Assembly: GCA_018814355.1 (NCBI GenBank)
Contig: JAHIZT010000053.1
Location: 798-64,797 of the forward strand
Reading direction: 5' to 3'
Length of the DNA: 64,000 bases
From: Thermoplasmatota archaeon
Lineage (GTDB): Archaea > Thermoplasmatota > Thermoplasmata > UBA10834
The notes under the pieces are model-generated. The model was not told where the DNA came from. It did not search any database and worked only from the letters and a program-made list of their open reading frames with translations. Shown in pieces: positions 10,449-21,607 of the stretch; the first letter of the stretch is position 1; the number at the start of each line of letters is the position of its first letter. Made by a program: the position numbers and the translations under genes.

Positions 10449-10544
10449 TCGTGCTCCCGCCCCATGGTTTTCCGATTCAAGGCCGAGAGGCAGCTGCAAA
10501 AGCTTATCTAACGGGTCACTTTAACTGCGCCTGCAACCACAAAA

Positions 10545-10618
10545 GCCGTCGTAGCTCAGCCTGGTAGAGCGTCCGCCTGTTAAGCGGAAGGTCAACGGTT
10601 CGAAACCGTTCGACGGCG
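10545..10618 (+). tRNA. tRNA-Asn (anticodon GTT)
   Basis: Hand-folded cloverleaf: acceptor GCCGTCG/CGACGGC, D stem GCTC/GAGC, anticodon stem TCCGC/GCGGA with loop CTGTTAA, T arm AACGG-TTCGAAA-CCGTT. No encoded CCA. Confidence 0.85.
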
Positions 10619-10621
10619 CTT

Positions 10622-11707
10622 TCATTTTGCTGCTAAGGGCGAGACCACGGTCTTCGCCTTCGAATCACCGAATATGAGTCGGCCAACCCTGAATATCATA
10701 GGTCTCTTGCCCCTCGACCATCTGGTCAGATCTATCACGAAGAGCGACGTCGCGAAAACGGGTATGATCATATCCAGCCAGCCGCCAAGGGTCAGTATTG
10801 CCCCCAGGAATATGAAGAAGATGAGAATGCCGGAGGCGAAACCAACTCTCTGTGGGAGATTGTCAACCATCCCAATGTGCTCCATGATGAGGACCACGAC
10901 GGCCGCTGCTATCACGAGCTCGATCACGATCGGAACCAGGAACGGCACCGGAGAGCCCACGAACATTCCGGACGCAAGGAAGCACAGGAGAAGGAACATG
11001 AACCCCAGAACGGCGAACATGCGAGGAGACCATGTTGGTGCAGCGTGGCTCGGCGCGAGCCAATCCTTCGGCAGGTGCTTCGCGAAATAGACTAGGCCGA
11101 AGACGGCACCGATGGACAAGAGGTACATCGGCACCAAGGGCACGTAGGGGTTCAGGAGCGCCGTGCAAACGAGGACGTCCAGGAATAGGATAACGAGAAC
11201 TGTCTCGAATCTCTTCCTCGTAAGAAATCTCTGCCCCTTCAGGTGGGGGTAGAGAATGGCAATCAGTAGGATAGGCAGAGTGATGCTGACAGCCGAGTGG
11301 AAGATCGTGAGCCAGACGGCCCAGATCCAGTTGGTGCCCAGGTACCGGCCGTACTCTCCAAGGCCTCCCAGGTCCATCCAGTTGGGGTCGAAGAAGCTCT
11401 TAATCGCGACCCCTTCCTCAAGTATGCCGTAGGCCGCGCCCATGACGATCACGCTGGCCCAACCCTTGTTCCAGATGACGGAGAGCTCCCGGACCACAAC
11501 AACGCCTCCGCCATACAGACCCAAGAGCAGCGCGAACGAGAACGGGTTGAAGAACTCGCGTGGAGGAGACGACCCCGACAGCATTTCCGCGATCATCGGC
11601 GAAAGAAGAGCCAAAATCCAGAGGGCTTTCCCCTTCTCCGTCATCATTGAAGGTTTCGCATTTCGGGGTATTAATCTGCCCGGAACCGTTATCAGATATG
11701 AGAACAC
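10622..11707 (-). CDS. Multi-pass integral membrane protein of unknown function
   Basis: About 10 TM helices. Likely start at MMTEKGK. Confidence 0.4.
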   Translation of the reverse strand: MFSYLITVPGRLIPRNAKPSMMTEKGKALWILALLSPMIAEMLSGSSPPREFFNPFSFALLLGLYGGGVVVVRELSVIWNKGWASVIVMGAAYGILEEGVAIKSFFDPNWMDLGGLGEYGRYLGTNWIWAVWLTIFHSAVSITLPILLIAILYPHLKGQRFLTRKRFETVLVILFLDVLVCTALLNPYVPLVPMYLLSIGAVFGLVYFAKHLPKDWLAPSHAAPTWSPRMFAVLGFMFLLLCFLASGMFVGSPVPFLVPIVIELVIAAAVVVLIMEHIGMVDNLPQRVGFASGILIFFIFLGAILTLGGWLDMIIPVFATSLFVIDLTRWSRGKRPMIFRVGRLIFGDSKAKTVVSPLAAK

Positions 11708-11725
11708 ACAGGCCAGTATCCTGAT

Positions 11726-12283
11726 TTGACGGACTCCCGTGAACGATTTGTCCGAGAAGATAAGGGACTAATGAAATATACGGACTTGGCGTTCGAAACG
11801 TCACTCAAGACGGAAGTTGCAGAAATGCCAAGAATCAATGTCGGAGACAACGCCCCGGATTTCGAGCTGGAGGACCAGAACGGCAAAAAGGTGAGATTGA
11901 GCCAGTACAGAGGCAAGAAGAACGTCCTGCTGGCGTTCTTCCCGTTCGCTTTCAGCCCCGTGTGCACGAACGAGCTCGGAGAACTGAAGGAGAAGGAGGA
12001 CTTGGTGCTGAAGCTCGACACGCAGATACTCGCTTCGAGCGTCGACAGTACATGGTCCGAGAAGGCATTCGCAAAGGAGCTCGGCGTGAAGTTCCCGATC
12101 CTTGGGGATTTCAAGAAGCAGGTTGCACCTCTCTACGGAGCGCTCTACGAGGACAAGGGTTTCGCGAAGAGGACCATATTCGTCATTGACAAGAAAGGAA
12201 AGGTCGCCTACAAGAGGGAATATGACCCTGGCACTCAGCCCAGCATCGATGAGGCACTCGAGGTCCTGAAGAAGCTGAGGTAG
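11726..12283 (+). CDS. Peroxiredoxin (AhpC/TSA / Bcp family)
   Basis: Peroxidatic Cys motif FPFAFSPVCTNEL. The track start is a TTG; the likely true ATG start is at ~11825 (MPRINVGDNAPDF). Confidence 0.8.
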   Translation: MTDSRERFVREDKGLMKYTDLAFETSLKTEVAEMPRINVGDNAPDFELEDQNGKKVRLSQYRGKKNVLLAFFPFAFSPVCTNELGELKEKEDLVLKLDTQILASSVDSTWSEKAFAKELGVKFPILGDFKKQVAPLYGALYEDKGFAKRTIFVIDKKGKVAYKREYDPGTQPSIDEALEVLKKLR

Positions 12284-12357
12284 TCACCGCGGCAGGACAA
12301 CAAGATTTATTAGACACTCTCAGACTAGCTCCCAGTCGGAAGACCATCCTAAGGTGA

Positions 12358-12921
12358 TTGGAGTTGGCGTGGATCAAGGCCCCAAACAAAGACAGCGTAC
12401 GCGGCAAGACAAAGAAGGTCTACGACAGGATAATGAAGGAGCGAGGGCACCTCGCGAACATATTCCTCGCTCAAGGAATGGACCCTGATGTTCTCGAAGA
12501 CCACTTTGACCTGTATGTCCATCTCATGATCGGTCCAGGTCCGCTATCCAGGGAGGAGCGGGAGATGATCGCTGTGGTCGTCTCTGCGGCGAATAGGTCG
12601 GCCTATGGAGCGATCCATCACTCGGAGGCTCTCGAGACGGTGGAGAAGGACCCTAAGGCGCTCTACAACTTACTCAAAGAGTTCGCATCGAAGCATGAGA
12701 CCCTCAGAAGTAAGGGACTCCTCGCATATGCGGCCAAGCTCACGCTGGACCCGAAAGACATAACGAAGGACGACATTGACGACCTGAGAGATGCTGGCCT
12801 GACCGACGAGGAGATACTGAGGGCGAACCTGATTGCGAGCTACTTCAACTTCTCGAACAGGATAGCGCTCGGTTTGGGCGTGGAGCTTGAGGAAGGCGAG
12901 GCCAGGACCTACAAGTACTAG
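12358..12921 (+). CDS. Carboxymuconolactone decarboxylase / AhpD-like peroxidase-related protein
   Basis: CMD/AhpD-like core (peroxidase-related enzyme family pattern). Confidence 0.6.
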   Translation: MELAWIKAPNKDSVRGKTKKVYDRIMKERGHLANIFLAQGMDPDVLEDHFDLYVHLMIGPGPLSREEREMIAVVVSAANRSAYGAIHHSEALETVEKDPKALYNLLKEFASKHETLRSKGLLAYAAKLTLDPKDITKDDIDDLRDAGLTDEEILRANLIASYFNFSNRIALGLGVELEEGEARTYKY

Positions 12922-12938
12922 TTTCTGAGCGTCTGCAC

Positions 12939-13769
12939 ATGGCATCTTTTGAGGAACAGGCACAGGCGCTCCCGAGAGGTACCGTCGTCGTGCTGGGTGT
13001 TCCGTCGGATGAGAATTCGTCCTTCCTGAGGGGCGCAGCGCTCGCTCCGAAGCACATACGAGAGGCGCTGCATTCGGGCTCGGCCAACATGATGACCGAG
13101 CTCGGCGTGGATCTGGGATCCTCGGCCGGCTGGGCCGAACTCGGGGACTTGCCACTGTCGACAGGCGACATAGCATTTGCGAAGATAGAAACGACGATCT
13201 CCCAACTGCTGGCATCAGGCGTGCGTGTCCTTGCCCTCGGGGGAGACCACTCAATCACTCATCCGATTGTGAGGGCCTATGCAAGGTCCTTCCAAGGGCT
13301 GACCGTCCTCCAGCTTGACGCTCATCCTGACACATATGACGAGTACGACGGGAACCGCCATTCGCATGCGTGCCCGTTCGCGCGGATCATGGAAGAAGGG
13401 CTTGGCGTACACCTGGTTCAATTGGGCGTAAGGACCATTAATCCGCACCAGCGGCAGCAGGCGGAACGATTCGGGCTGACGATGGTGGAGATGAAGGACT
13501 GGTCACCGGACAAGCTCCCGAGGCTCGAGGGGCCAATCTACCTATCGCTGGACTTGGACGCGTTGGACCCGGCATTCGCACCAGGAGTCTCTCACCACGA
13601 GCCAGGGGGATTCACCACGCGCGACGTACTGCGCATCATTCACGGCCTACCTCAACCAATCGTGGGCGCGGACATTGTGGAATTCAACCCGATGCGCGAC
13701 CCAGTCGGGGTCACAGCAATGCTCGCGGCGAAACTCTGCAAGGAGATCGTGGGTAGGATGCTGCTCTAG
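12939..13769 (+). CDS. speB: Agmatinase / ureohydrolase (arginase family)
   Basis: Mn-binding motifs GGDHSIT, DAHPD and SLDLDALDP. Confidence 0.75.
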   Translation: MASFEEQAQALPRGTVVVLGVPSDENSSFLRGAALAPKHIREALHSGSANMMTELGVDLGSSAGWAELGDLPLSTGDIAFAKIETTISQLLASGVRVLALGGDHSITHPIVRAYARSFQGLTVLQLDAHPDTYDEYDGNRHSHACPFARIMEEGLGVHLVQLGVRTINPHQRQQAERFGLTMVEMKDWSPDKLPRLEGPIYLSLDLDALDPAFAPGVSHHEPGGFTTRDVLRIIHGLPQPIVGADIVEFNPMRDPVGVTAMLAAKLCKEIVGRMLL

Positions 13770-13827
13770 GCGAGATTGGGCACCACAGAAACCCTAATAA
13801 GCCCAAGGGCATTATGACGGAATACAA

Positions 13828-13901
13828 GGGCCCGTAGCTTAGTCCGGCGGAGCGATTGGCTCATAACCAGTTGGTCATCGGTTCAAATCCGATCGGGCCC
13901 A
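13828..13901 (+). tRNA. tRNA-Met (anticodon CAT), elongator type (G1:C72)
   Basis: Hand fold: acceptor GGGCCCG/CGGGCCC, anticodon stem ATTGG/CCAGT with loop CTCATAA, T arm ATCGG-TTCAAAT-CCGAT. Confidence 0.85.
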
Positions 13902-14021
13902 CTGTACATCTTTCCTCGGCGAAATACCAGCGCTTTCGCTCAGAACAGGAAAATGAAAATTGCGACAAAAGCGAAAGGATTTGCGCTTAGGAACTGATAC
14001 CAAAAGTACTAGCAAAAGCAC

Positions 14022-14144
14022 TTAGAACCGGCGTGGCGGCCTGTGCTTCTGATAACAATCCTTGCAGTACACGGGCCTTCCGTCAGTTGGCTTGAACGGG
14101 ACCTGTGCATCAGCACCGCAGTCGGAACACTTCACAGTGTGCAT
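14022..14144 (-). CDS. Small zinc-ribbon protein (40 aa, CxxC...CxxC)
   Basis: Translation MHTVKCSDCGADAQVPFKPTDGRPVYCKDCYQKHRPPRRF. Below the ORF-track size cutoff; found by manual reverse-strand translation. Confidence 0.4.
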   Translation of the reverse strand: MHTVKCSDCGADAQVPFKPTDGRPVYCKDCYQKHRPPRRF

Positions 14145-14437
14145 CTCCCTTGGTCGGGAGCCGAAACCGCGATCGTCTCTGCGTGGTCTGTCGTTAATGA
14201 GGACTACCTCCTTCCAAATCTCACTCTACCCCTTGCGGAGCCGAATGGTAAACCCGCTATGTAACTGACCTGTATATTAAGGCGATGGCCTGAACCAGCG
14301 ATTCGGTGAAGGATTGGGGGGTCTGAGCAAAAACCCTCCGACATAGGAGATGACCGTGGGACACGAACGTCGGACTAGTTTGATGGATGAGGGACTAGAA
14401 GATGATTGTGCTCATTGAAAAAGAGTAAAGACGTCTG

Positions 14438-16243
14438 ATGTCATCGGGGGTGCGAGATGACCACATGAGAGAAACCAACATTGTCGCGCTGTTCTCAGCG
14501 ACGGACATCCAGGACCTTGACATCCATCCTGATGGACGCAAGGCGATCTGCTCGGTCAACAAAGGGGCCAACTGGGAGCTTGCAACGCTCGACCTGACCA
14601 AAGGGAGCCTGAAGAAGTTCTTGTCTGGGCCTCAGTCGCTCACGCACCCAACATTCTCCCCAAACGGAGACAGGATAGCATATCATGTCGACTTCGAAGG
14701 AGACGAGAACCATGACGTTGTCGTTATCCGATCCGATGGAAAAGGCGCAAAGAAGCTCACTGACGGGGTCGAGGACAACTTCGAGCCGCAGTTCTCCCCG
14801 GATGGAGAGACGGTTTCCTTCATCTCCAACCGCGTGAAGGACACCGAGAACCTCTACCTGATCGGTTCCAAGGGCGGGAGAATGAGGAGGCTCACAAACG
14901 AGCCACTCCCAGTGAGGCAGTATTCCTGGTCTCCGGACGGCAGATGGATAGCCTTCCTCACTGGGGTTGGGGACGAGGATTACATCTCGTTGGCCGACAC
15001 GAAGAAGATGAGAACCAAGAGAGTGCTGCACAAGAAGAATGTGGAGCATGGACTCGCAGGTGAATGGGGCGAGGCAGCCCCTTGGTCGCCTGATGGCATG
15101 AATCTCTTGTTCGTATCGAACGAGCACGATTCGCAGGACATCGGCCAATATGACATCAGGACTAAGAGGTTGAGATGGCTCGTGAGATCCAAGTACGACA
15201 AGCACCAGCCGATGTTGTCCTCGGACGGCAGCAGACTCGCATACCTGGAGGTCGACGACCCGAACATCGCGGTCAAGGTGAAGAGCGGAGGGGCGACAAG
15301 AGTGGTCTCGCCCAAGGACGGAACCTCCAGAGCACTCCACTGGCTTCCGGATGGTAAGGGGATGGTTTTCGTGAACGGCTCCGCTGTGAGACCGGAGGAG
15401 GTCTTCGTCGTCAGGGACCGTACCCCGAGAAGGCTCACGAAACTTATGAAGAAGCCGATGAAGACAAACGGGATGGCATATCCGAAACTGGTTAGATACA
15501 GGTCGTTCGACGGGCGCATGATACCGGCCATGCTCTACATCCCAAGGGACAAGTCCAGGAGAGCGGGAATAGTCCTGCCGCACGGCGGCCCTGATATGAT
15601 GGATACGAATCTCTGGGATCAGCTAACGATCATGCTCGTTGACAAAGGCTTAGCTGTGATCAAGCCCAACTACAGAGGATCGACCGGTTATGGCAGAATG
15701 TTTCAGCACCTGCACGACAAGGATTTGGGCGGTGGAGACTATCTCGACACTGTCTATGCTGGCAAGTATCTACTTGATGAAGGTCATGCAGACAGAGATC
15801 GGCTCGGTTACTGGGGTGCGAGTTACAGCGGATTCACTTGCATGATGGCGTTGACAAAACATCCGGACATGTGGGCCGCCGGCGTTTCAATCGTCGGCTT
15901 TTTCGACTGGATCACGGAGCACGAGAACGAGAGAGGGTACCTGAAGGCATATGACGAGAGCAAGATGGGAGACTTCTCAAAGAACCCAGATTTCTTCAGA
16001 GAGAGGTCTCCGATAAACTTCCTGCACCAGCTGAAGGCCCCTCTGCTCATGACAGCATCTGCGAGGGATGTCCGATGCCCTCCGACGGAGTCGAGGGCAG
16101 TGGTCGCGAAGCTGAAGGCGATGGGTAAGAGGTTCGAGTACCATGAATACCCCGACGAAGGGCACTGGCCGAGGAAGCGGAAGAACCTGAAGGACTTGTA
16201 CATGCGATCCACCAGGTTCCTGGACGAGAACATGCCGAAGTAG
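14438..16243 (+). CDS. S9 family serine peptidase (prolyl oligopeptidase / acylaminoacyl-peptidase-like) with N-terminal beta-propeller
   Basis: Repeated SPDG propeller motifs; catalytic GWGASYSG (GxSxG) plus Asp and His in the C-terminal alpha/beta hydrolase domain. Confidence 0.7.
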   Translation: MSSGVRDDHMRETNIVALFSATDIQDLDIHPDGRKAICSVNKGANWELATLDLTKGSLKKFLSGPQSLTHPTFSPNGDRIAYHVDFEGDENHDVVVIRSDGKGAKKLTDGVEDNFEPQFSPDGETVSFISNRVKDTENLYLIGSKGGRMRRLTNEPLPVRQYSWSPDGRWIAFLTGVGDEDYISLADTKKMRTKRVLHKKNVEHGLAGEWGEAAPWSPDGMNLLFVSNEHDSQDIGQYDIRTKRLRWLVRSKYDKHQPMLSSDGSRLAYLEVDDPNIAVKVKSGGATRVVSPKDGTSRALHWLPDGKGMVFVNGSAVRPEEVFVVRDRTPRRLTKLMKKPMKTNGMAYPKLVRYRSFDGRMIPAMLYIPRDKSRRAGIVLPHGGPDMMDTNLWDQLTIMLVDKGLAVIKPNYRGSTGYGRMFQHLHDKDLGGGDYLDTVYAGKYLLDEGHADRDRLGYWGASYSGFTCMMALTKHPDMWAAGVSIVGFFDWITEHENERGYLKAYDESKMGDFSKNPDFFRERSPINFLHQLKAPLLMTASARDVRCPPTESRAVVAKLKAMGKRFEYHEYPDEGHWPRKRKNLKDLYMRSTRFLDENMPK

Positions 16244-16247
16244 ACAA

Positions 16248-17216
16248 TCAGGGCAAGCGGCTGTAATAAGGGTTCATGAGGTCTTCGAAACATGCGAGCG
16301 CAGCGGCGGCTCCGCCGTGGACCGCGGCGACGACTTGTCTGATCCCTCCGGAGACGTCCCCAGCAGCGTAAACGAAGGGGACGTTGGTCCTAAACGATCG
16401 GTCGACCGTAACGAAGCCGCCAGGATCCATCTCCAGACCAAGTTCGGTAGCCAGTTGTGAGCTTGGTATCTCCCCCACAGCGACGAACACGCCGTTGATC
16501 GCGCGAGTCTCGGCGGCGCCGGTCTTGACGTTCCTCAGCTTTACCGCGGAGACCTCCTCCTTTCCCACTACCTCGTCCACAACCGTGTTCCACACAACAG
16601 GTATCTTGTGCCCCTTGACCGTGTCCTGCAGGTGTCTGTCAGCCCGGAACGAGTCGCGCCTGTGCACTATGGTCACCTTTGCCCCGATCGAGTGCAGATA
16701 GAGCGAATCCGTAAGAGCCGTGTTCCCTCCGCCGACGACGATGACTTCACGGCCCTTGTAGAAGAAGCCATCGCATGTAGCACAGTACGAGACCCCCTTG
16801 CCGATGAGGCCCTCCTCCCCAGGGACGTCCAGCTTCCTGTGAGAAGAGCCAGTCGCAAGGATGATAGCTTTGGCAGTGTACCTTCCAGACGTGGTTGATA
16901 TCTCGAATTTCTCAGCTGACCTGACTCTGAGGACTTCCTCGCCCTCCCTGATTTCGATGTACCTCCGGGCGTGATCGGCCATGATCTCCATCAGCTTCAT
17001 CCCGGGAATCTCCGGGAACCCCGGATAGTTCTCGATGTTTGGGCTGGTGAGGACCTGGCCGCCGGGGACCCCCTTCTCGAGTATGATGGCCTCCAGGCCA
17101 GACCTCCTCGCATAGATCCCCGCCGACAGGCCGGCCGGTCCAGCACCGACTATGACAGCGTCATAGTCGCCGAGGACGGACTCAGCAGGATCGGATGCTA
17201 CGCCTTCTATGGCCAT
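16248..17216 (-). CDS. trxB: Thioredoxin-disulfide reductase
   Basis: FAD motif GAGPAGLSAGIY, redox-active CATC and NAD(P) motif VVGGGNTA. Start placed at MAIEG (ATG verified at 17216); the ORF track extends to 17327. Confidence 0.8.
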   Translation of the reverse strand: MAIEGVASDPAESVLGDYDAVIVGAGPAGLSAGIYARRSGLEAIILEKGVPGGQVLTSPNIENYPGFPEIPGMKLMEIMADHARRYIEIREGEEVLRVRSAEKFEISTTSGRYTAKAIILATGSSHRKLDVPGEEGLIGKGVSYCATCDGFFYKGREVIVVGGGNTALTDSLYLHSIGAKVTIVHRRDSFRADRHLQDTVKGHKIPVVWNTVVDEVVGKEEVSAVKLRNVKTGAAETRAINGVFVAVGEIPSSQLATELGLEMDPGGFVTVDRSFRTNVPFVYAAGDVSGGIRQVVAAVHGGAAAALACFEDLMNPYYSRLP

Positions 17217-17339
17217 CGATCCTGTGAATCCACGAATGCCGTATAATATGTTGGCCCTTGAGAGGCTGGACTTCTCACGGACGGATAGCCAGTCCAATAT
17301 CATAAAATACAGTCTCCGGCCCTTCACAAGACGAGACTG

Positions 17340-18635
17340 ATGGAAGCCCAGACGATTACTGCGTTTCTTGCTATCGGCTCCATCATTTTCATTGGGTTCT
17401 TCGGAAGTCTGATTTTCACGAGATATCGAATTCCAGACGTTCTGATTCTAGTGGCTCTTGGCATGATCATCGGCCCGGAAGTCCTTGGAACGATGTCCCA
17501 CCTCGTAACGTATGGCACTCTGTCTGAAATCGAGCAATACCGAGACTTGTTCTTGTCGGCTGCGCTCGTGCTCATCCTATTCAACGGAGGTTTGAACCTA
17601 GGTTTGCGAGCCGTGATTCAGTCGATGAGGCTCGCGACGCTAACGACAATCCTCACGCTGATCTTGGAGATACTCCTGGTCGCCACCGCACTCCACTTCA
17701 TCATGGGTGTGGATTTCCTACTAGCATTGGTTGTCGGTTCCATCATAGGAGGTACGGGCGAGGCCGTCGTCATACCCATTGTGAAAAAGATGAGAATAGG
17801 CGAGCGGACGAAGGCCATGCTGATCATGGAGAGCGTAGTCACGGATGTTATCGTGATCGTGGTCGCCATCACGCTGATGTCTCTGATCGCCATCGGTGAT
17901 TTCAGTCTGATGGCCATAGCTAGACAATTGGCTGTCAAATTCGTGGTCGGCGGGCTCGTGGGTTTCACGGCCGGGATCGCCTGGCTCTTCGTGCTCCAGA
18001 GATTGCAGAATCAACCTCTCTCCTACATGATCACTGTCGGAGCGCTCTTCGTAGTCGCCGGCTTCGTGGAGATGTCACCAATAGGGAGCTCGTCGGCGGT
18101 GGCCGCGCTTGCCTTCGGCCTAGCGATCGGCAATAGGAGGTTCGTCAAGAGATGGCTGACTTCGGTGACTCTAAGGCTGTCATCGGACGAGCACATACAT
18201 GATTTCCACTCGGAAATCAGCTTCTTCGTGAGGACCTTCTTCTATGTCTATCTTGGACTCTTGTTCAGGTTCAAGACTTTCGAGCCCATCCATCTCGCCA
18301 TAGGCATCGGGATAATCGCAATCATCGTGATCGTCCGTAGGGTCACCTCACTTATGGCCTACAGGGTTGGCGATCTCGAGAAATCAGATGCTGACGCATT
18401 GTTCGCGATGATGCCGAGGGGCCTCGCCGCAGCAGTCCTGGCAACGATGCCCGCGACTCTTCTTGCGGGCACCAGTGTCTGGTCCCCTGAGTATGATCAA
18501 CTGTTCCTGAATGTTATCTTGATCGTCATCCTCGGAACTACCATGCTCGCAACCATCCTCAGCTTCTGGACCGAGAAAACGATCGACAAGAGGAACCGGC
18601 ACAGATTGAGGACAAGACTCGCAGAGGAGTCCTAG
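17340..18635 (+). CDS. Na+/H+ (cation:proton) antiporter, CPA1/NhaP-like
   Basis: About 12 TM helices. The N-terminus is similar to NhaP-type exchangers (RYRIPDVLILVALGMIIGP). Confidence 0.6.
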   Translation: MEAQTITAFLAIGSIIFIGFFGSLIFTRYRIPDVLILVALGMIIGPEVLGTMSHLVTYGTLSEIEQYRDLFLSAALVLILFNGGLNLGLRAVIQSMRLATLTTILTLILEILLVATALHFIMGVDFLLALVVGSIIGGTGEAVVIPIVKKMRIGERTKAMLIMESVVTDVIVIVVAITLMSLIAIGDFSLMAIARQLAVKFVVGGLVGFTAGIAWLFVLQRLQNQPLSYMITVGALFVVAGFVEMSPIGSSSAVAALAFGLAIGNRRFVKRWLTSVTLRLSSDEHIHDFHSEISFFVRTFFYVYLGLLFRFKTFEPIHLAIGIGIIAIIVIVRRVTSLMAYRVGDLEKSDADALFAMMPRGLAAAVLATMPATLLAGTSVWSPEYDQLFLNVILIVILGTTMLATILSFWTEKTIDKRNRHRLRTRLAEES

Positions 18636-18636
18636 A

Positions 18637-19812
<1,176 letters not shown>

Positions 19813-19831
19813 TCTTCCGTTCTCCTACATA

Positions 19832-20338
19832 CTATTCCAGCGCGAATCCGCCGTGCTTCTTCAGATGAGGAATCAAACCGCCGTCCTCAAGCAATACTTG
19901 CATCGTCCTCGGAATAGGAGACGTTCTGGCGGTCTGCCCCGTGCGTACGTTGATGACTTCTCCCTTGTCGAAGTCCACCATTATCTCATCGCCCTCGGCT
20001 ATCCAGCCAGTATCACATTCAATCAAGGGAAGGCCCACGTTGAACGAGCTCCTGTAGAATATGCGCGCGTACGACCCCGCAATCACCGCTGCAACTCCGG
20101 CGGCCTTCAGAGCACGCGGTGCCTGTTCCCTGCTTGAGCCGCACCCGAAGTTCCTGCCCGCGACCACAAAGTCGCCCTTCGTGACCTTTGAGAAGAACTC
20201 AGGATCGATATCCTCCATAACGTGCTTCGCAAGCTCGTTCATGTCATCGATCTTGAACTTGTACCTTCCTGAGATGATGTAATCCGTGTTGATGTCGTCG
20301 TTGGGGACGAACCTGTGCGCTTTCCCAGTCAATTTCAT
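19832..20338 (-). CDS. 3-isopropylmalate/homoaconitate dehydratase small subunit (LeuD family, archaeal type)
   Basis: LeuD/aconitase swivel-domain pattern ([14 protein letters not shown]). Confidence 0.7.
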   Translation of the reverse strand: MKLTGKAHRFVPNDDINTDYIISGRYKFKIDDMNELAKHVMEDIDPEFFSKVTKGDFVVAGRNFGCGSSREQAPRALKAAGVAAVIAGSYARIFYRSSFNVGLPLIECDTGWIAEGDEIMVDFDKGEVINVRTGQTARTSPIPRTMQVLLEDGGLIPHLKKHGGFALE

Positions 20339-20350
20339 CGCATCGCCCTC

Positions 20351-21604
20351 TCAGATCTCCCTCGGATCGGTGATCTCGCCCTTGATGGCCGAGGCAGCCA
20401 CGGTCTCCGGCGAGGCCAAGTATATCCCCACATCCTTGTTGTTCCCCATGCGTCCCTTGAAGTTCCTGTTGGCGGTCGAAATGACATTCTCGCCATCAGA
20501 TGGAATCCCCGCATGAGTTCCCACGCAAGGACCGCAGCCAGGCGTGACAATTGCTGCGCCAGCCTTCAGAAGCTGAGATATGATCCCACGATCCATCGCG
20601 CTGAGGAGTATGCTCCTTGACGCCGGGGCAACGATCATCCTCACACCTGTTCTTATCTGATGACCTTTCAATACTCTGGCAGCTGCCTCGAGGTCGCTGA
20701 TTCGTCCGTTGGTGCAGGTCCCAAGGAAGGCCTGTTGAATCGCTATGCCTCTGAGATCAGAGGCATCTACGACTTTGTCCACGGAGTGAGGCTTCGCCAC
20801 TTTTGGGACGAGGTCGGATGCATCGAACTCAAAAACCTTCTCGTAAGTGGCGCCGTCGTCACTCGAGACAGCATTATCGGCCCGAAGACCGCGTTGGGAG
20901 AGCCATTCCGCGGTCTTCGAGTCGAATCCAAAGGGACAGAACTTGGCCCCCATCTCGACGGCCATGTTTGCTATCGTGAATCTTCCATCCATGATGAGCG
21001 AATCGATCGCTTCTCCTGAGAACTCGACGGACCTGTATGTCGCCCCATCGGCAGTCAGAGAGCCAATGACCTTGAGCGCGAGGTCCTTCGCTCCTATGCG
21101 GTCCGCAAATCCTCCGGCGACCTTGATGGAGAAGCTCTCAGGGACCTTGAACCACAGCTTGCCTGTGAAAGCCGCAGCAGCCACATCCGCCGAGCCGAGT
21201 CCTGTCGAGCACGCGTTCAGAGCGCCGTATGTGCATGTGTGGGAATCTGCTCCGATTGCGAGGTCCCCTGGCAACACATAACCGCCCTCAGGCACGACTT
21301 GGTGGCAGACGCCGTCCCCCACATCGTGGATTGGGATGGACCTTGTCCGTGCGAAATCCCTGATCTTGAAGTGTATCTTGGCGACTTCGACCGATGGGCA
21401 CGGAGAGTTGTGGTCGATCACAACCGCCATGCCTCGCTTGGTCTTGGGAGCCGAGAAGCCCAGGCTCTCGAGCTCCCTGATCATCATGGTGGATGTGCCG
21501 TCCTGGGACATGCAGAAGTCGACCGAGGCGACCACAATGTCCCCGGCTCTGCACTCAGCTCCTGAGTGCACAGACAACACCTTCTCTGCAATCGTTTGAT
21601 CCAT
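20351..21604 (-). CDS. 3-isopropylmalate/homoaconitate dehydratase large subunit (LeuC family, archaeal type)
   Basis: Aconitase family with Fe-S Cys ligands (GTCTNGR, PGCGPCVG). Confidence 0.75.
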   Translation of the reverse strand: MDQTIAEKVLSVHSGAECRAGDIVVASVDFCMSQDGTSTMMIRELESLGFSAPKTKRGMAVVIDHNSPCPSVEVAKIHFKIRDFARTRSIPIHDVGDGVCHQVVPEGGYVLPGDLAIGADSHTCTYGALNACSTGLGSADVAAAAFTGKLWFKVPESFSIKVAGGFADRIGAKDLALKVIGSLTADGATYRSVEFSGEAIDSLIMDGRFTIANMAVEMGAKFCPFGFDSKTAEWLSQRGLRADNAVSSDDGATYEKVFEFDASDLVPKVAKPHSVDKVVDASDLRGIAIQQAFLGTCTNGRISDLEAAARVLKGHQIRTGVRMIVAPASRSILLSAMDRGIISQLLKAGAAIVTPGCGPCVGTHAGIPSDGENVISTANRNFKGRMGNNKDVGIYLASPETVAASAIKGEITDPREI

Positions 21605-21607
21605 CCG

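Noticed and set aside
11701-11760. Apparent one-base offset between the printed sequence line and the ORF-track coordinates
   Set aside because: The printed text at 11701-11760 does not translate as stated in any frame. The flanking ORFs translate correctly only if that line is read shifted by one base, which amounts to a missing base at 11701 and an extra base at 11760. This is treated as a formatting artefact of the listing, not a frameshift. The coordinates reported here follow the ORF track.
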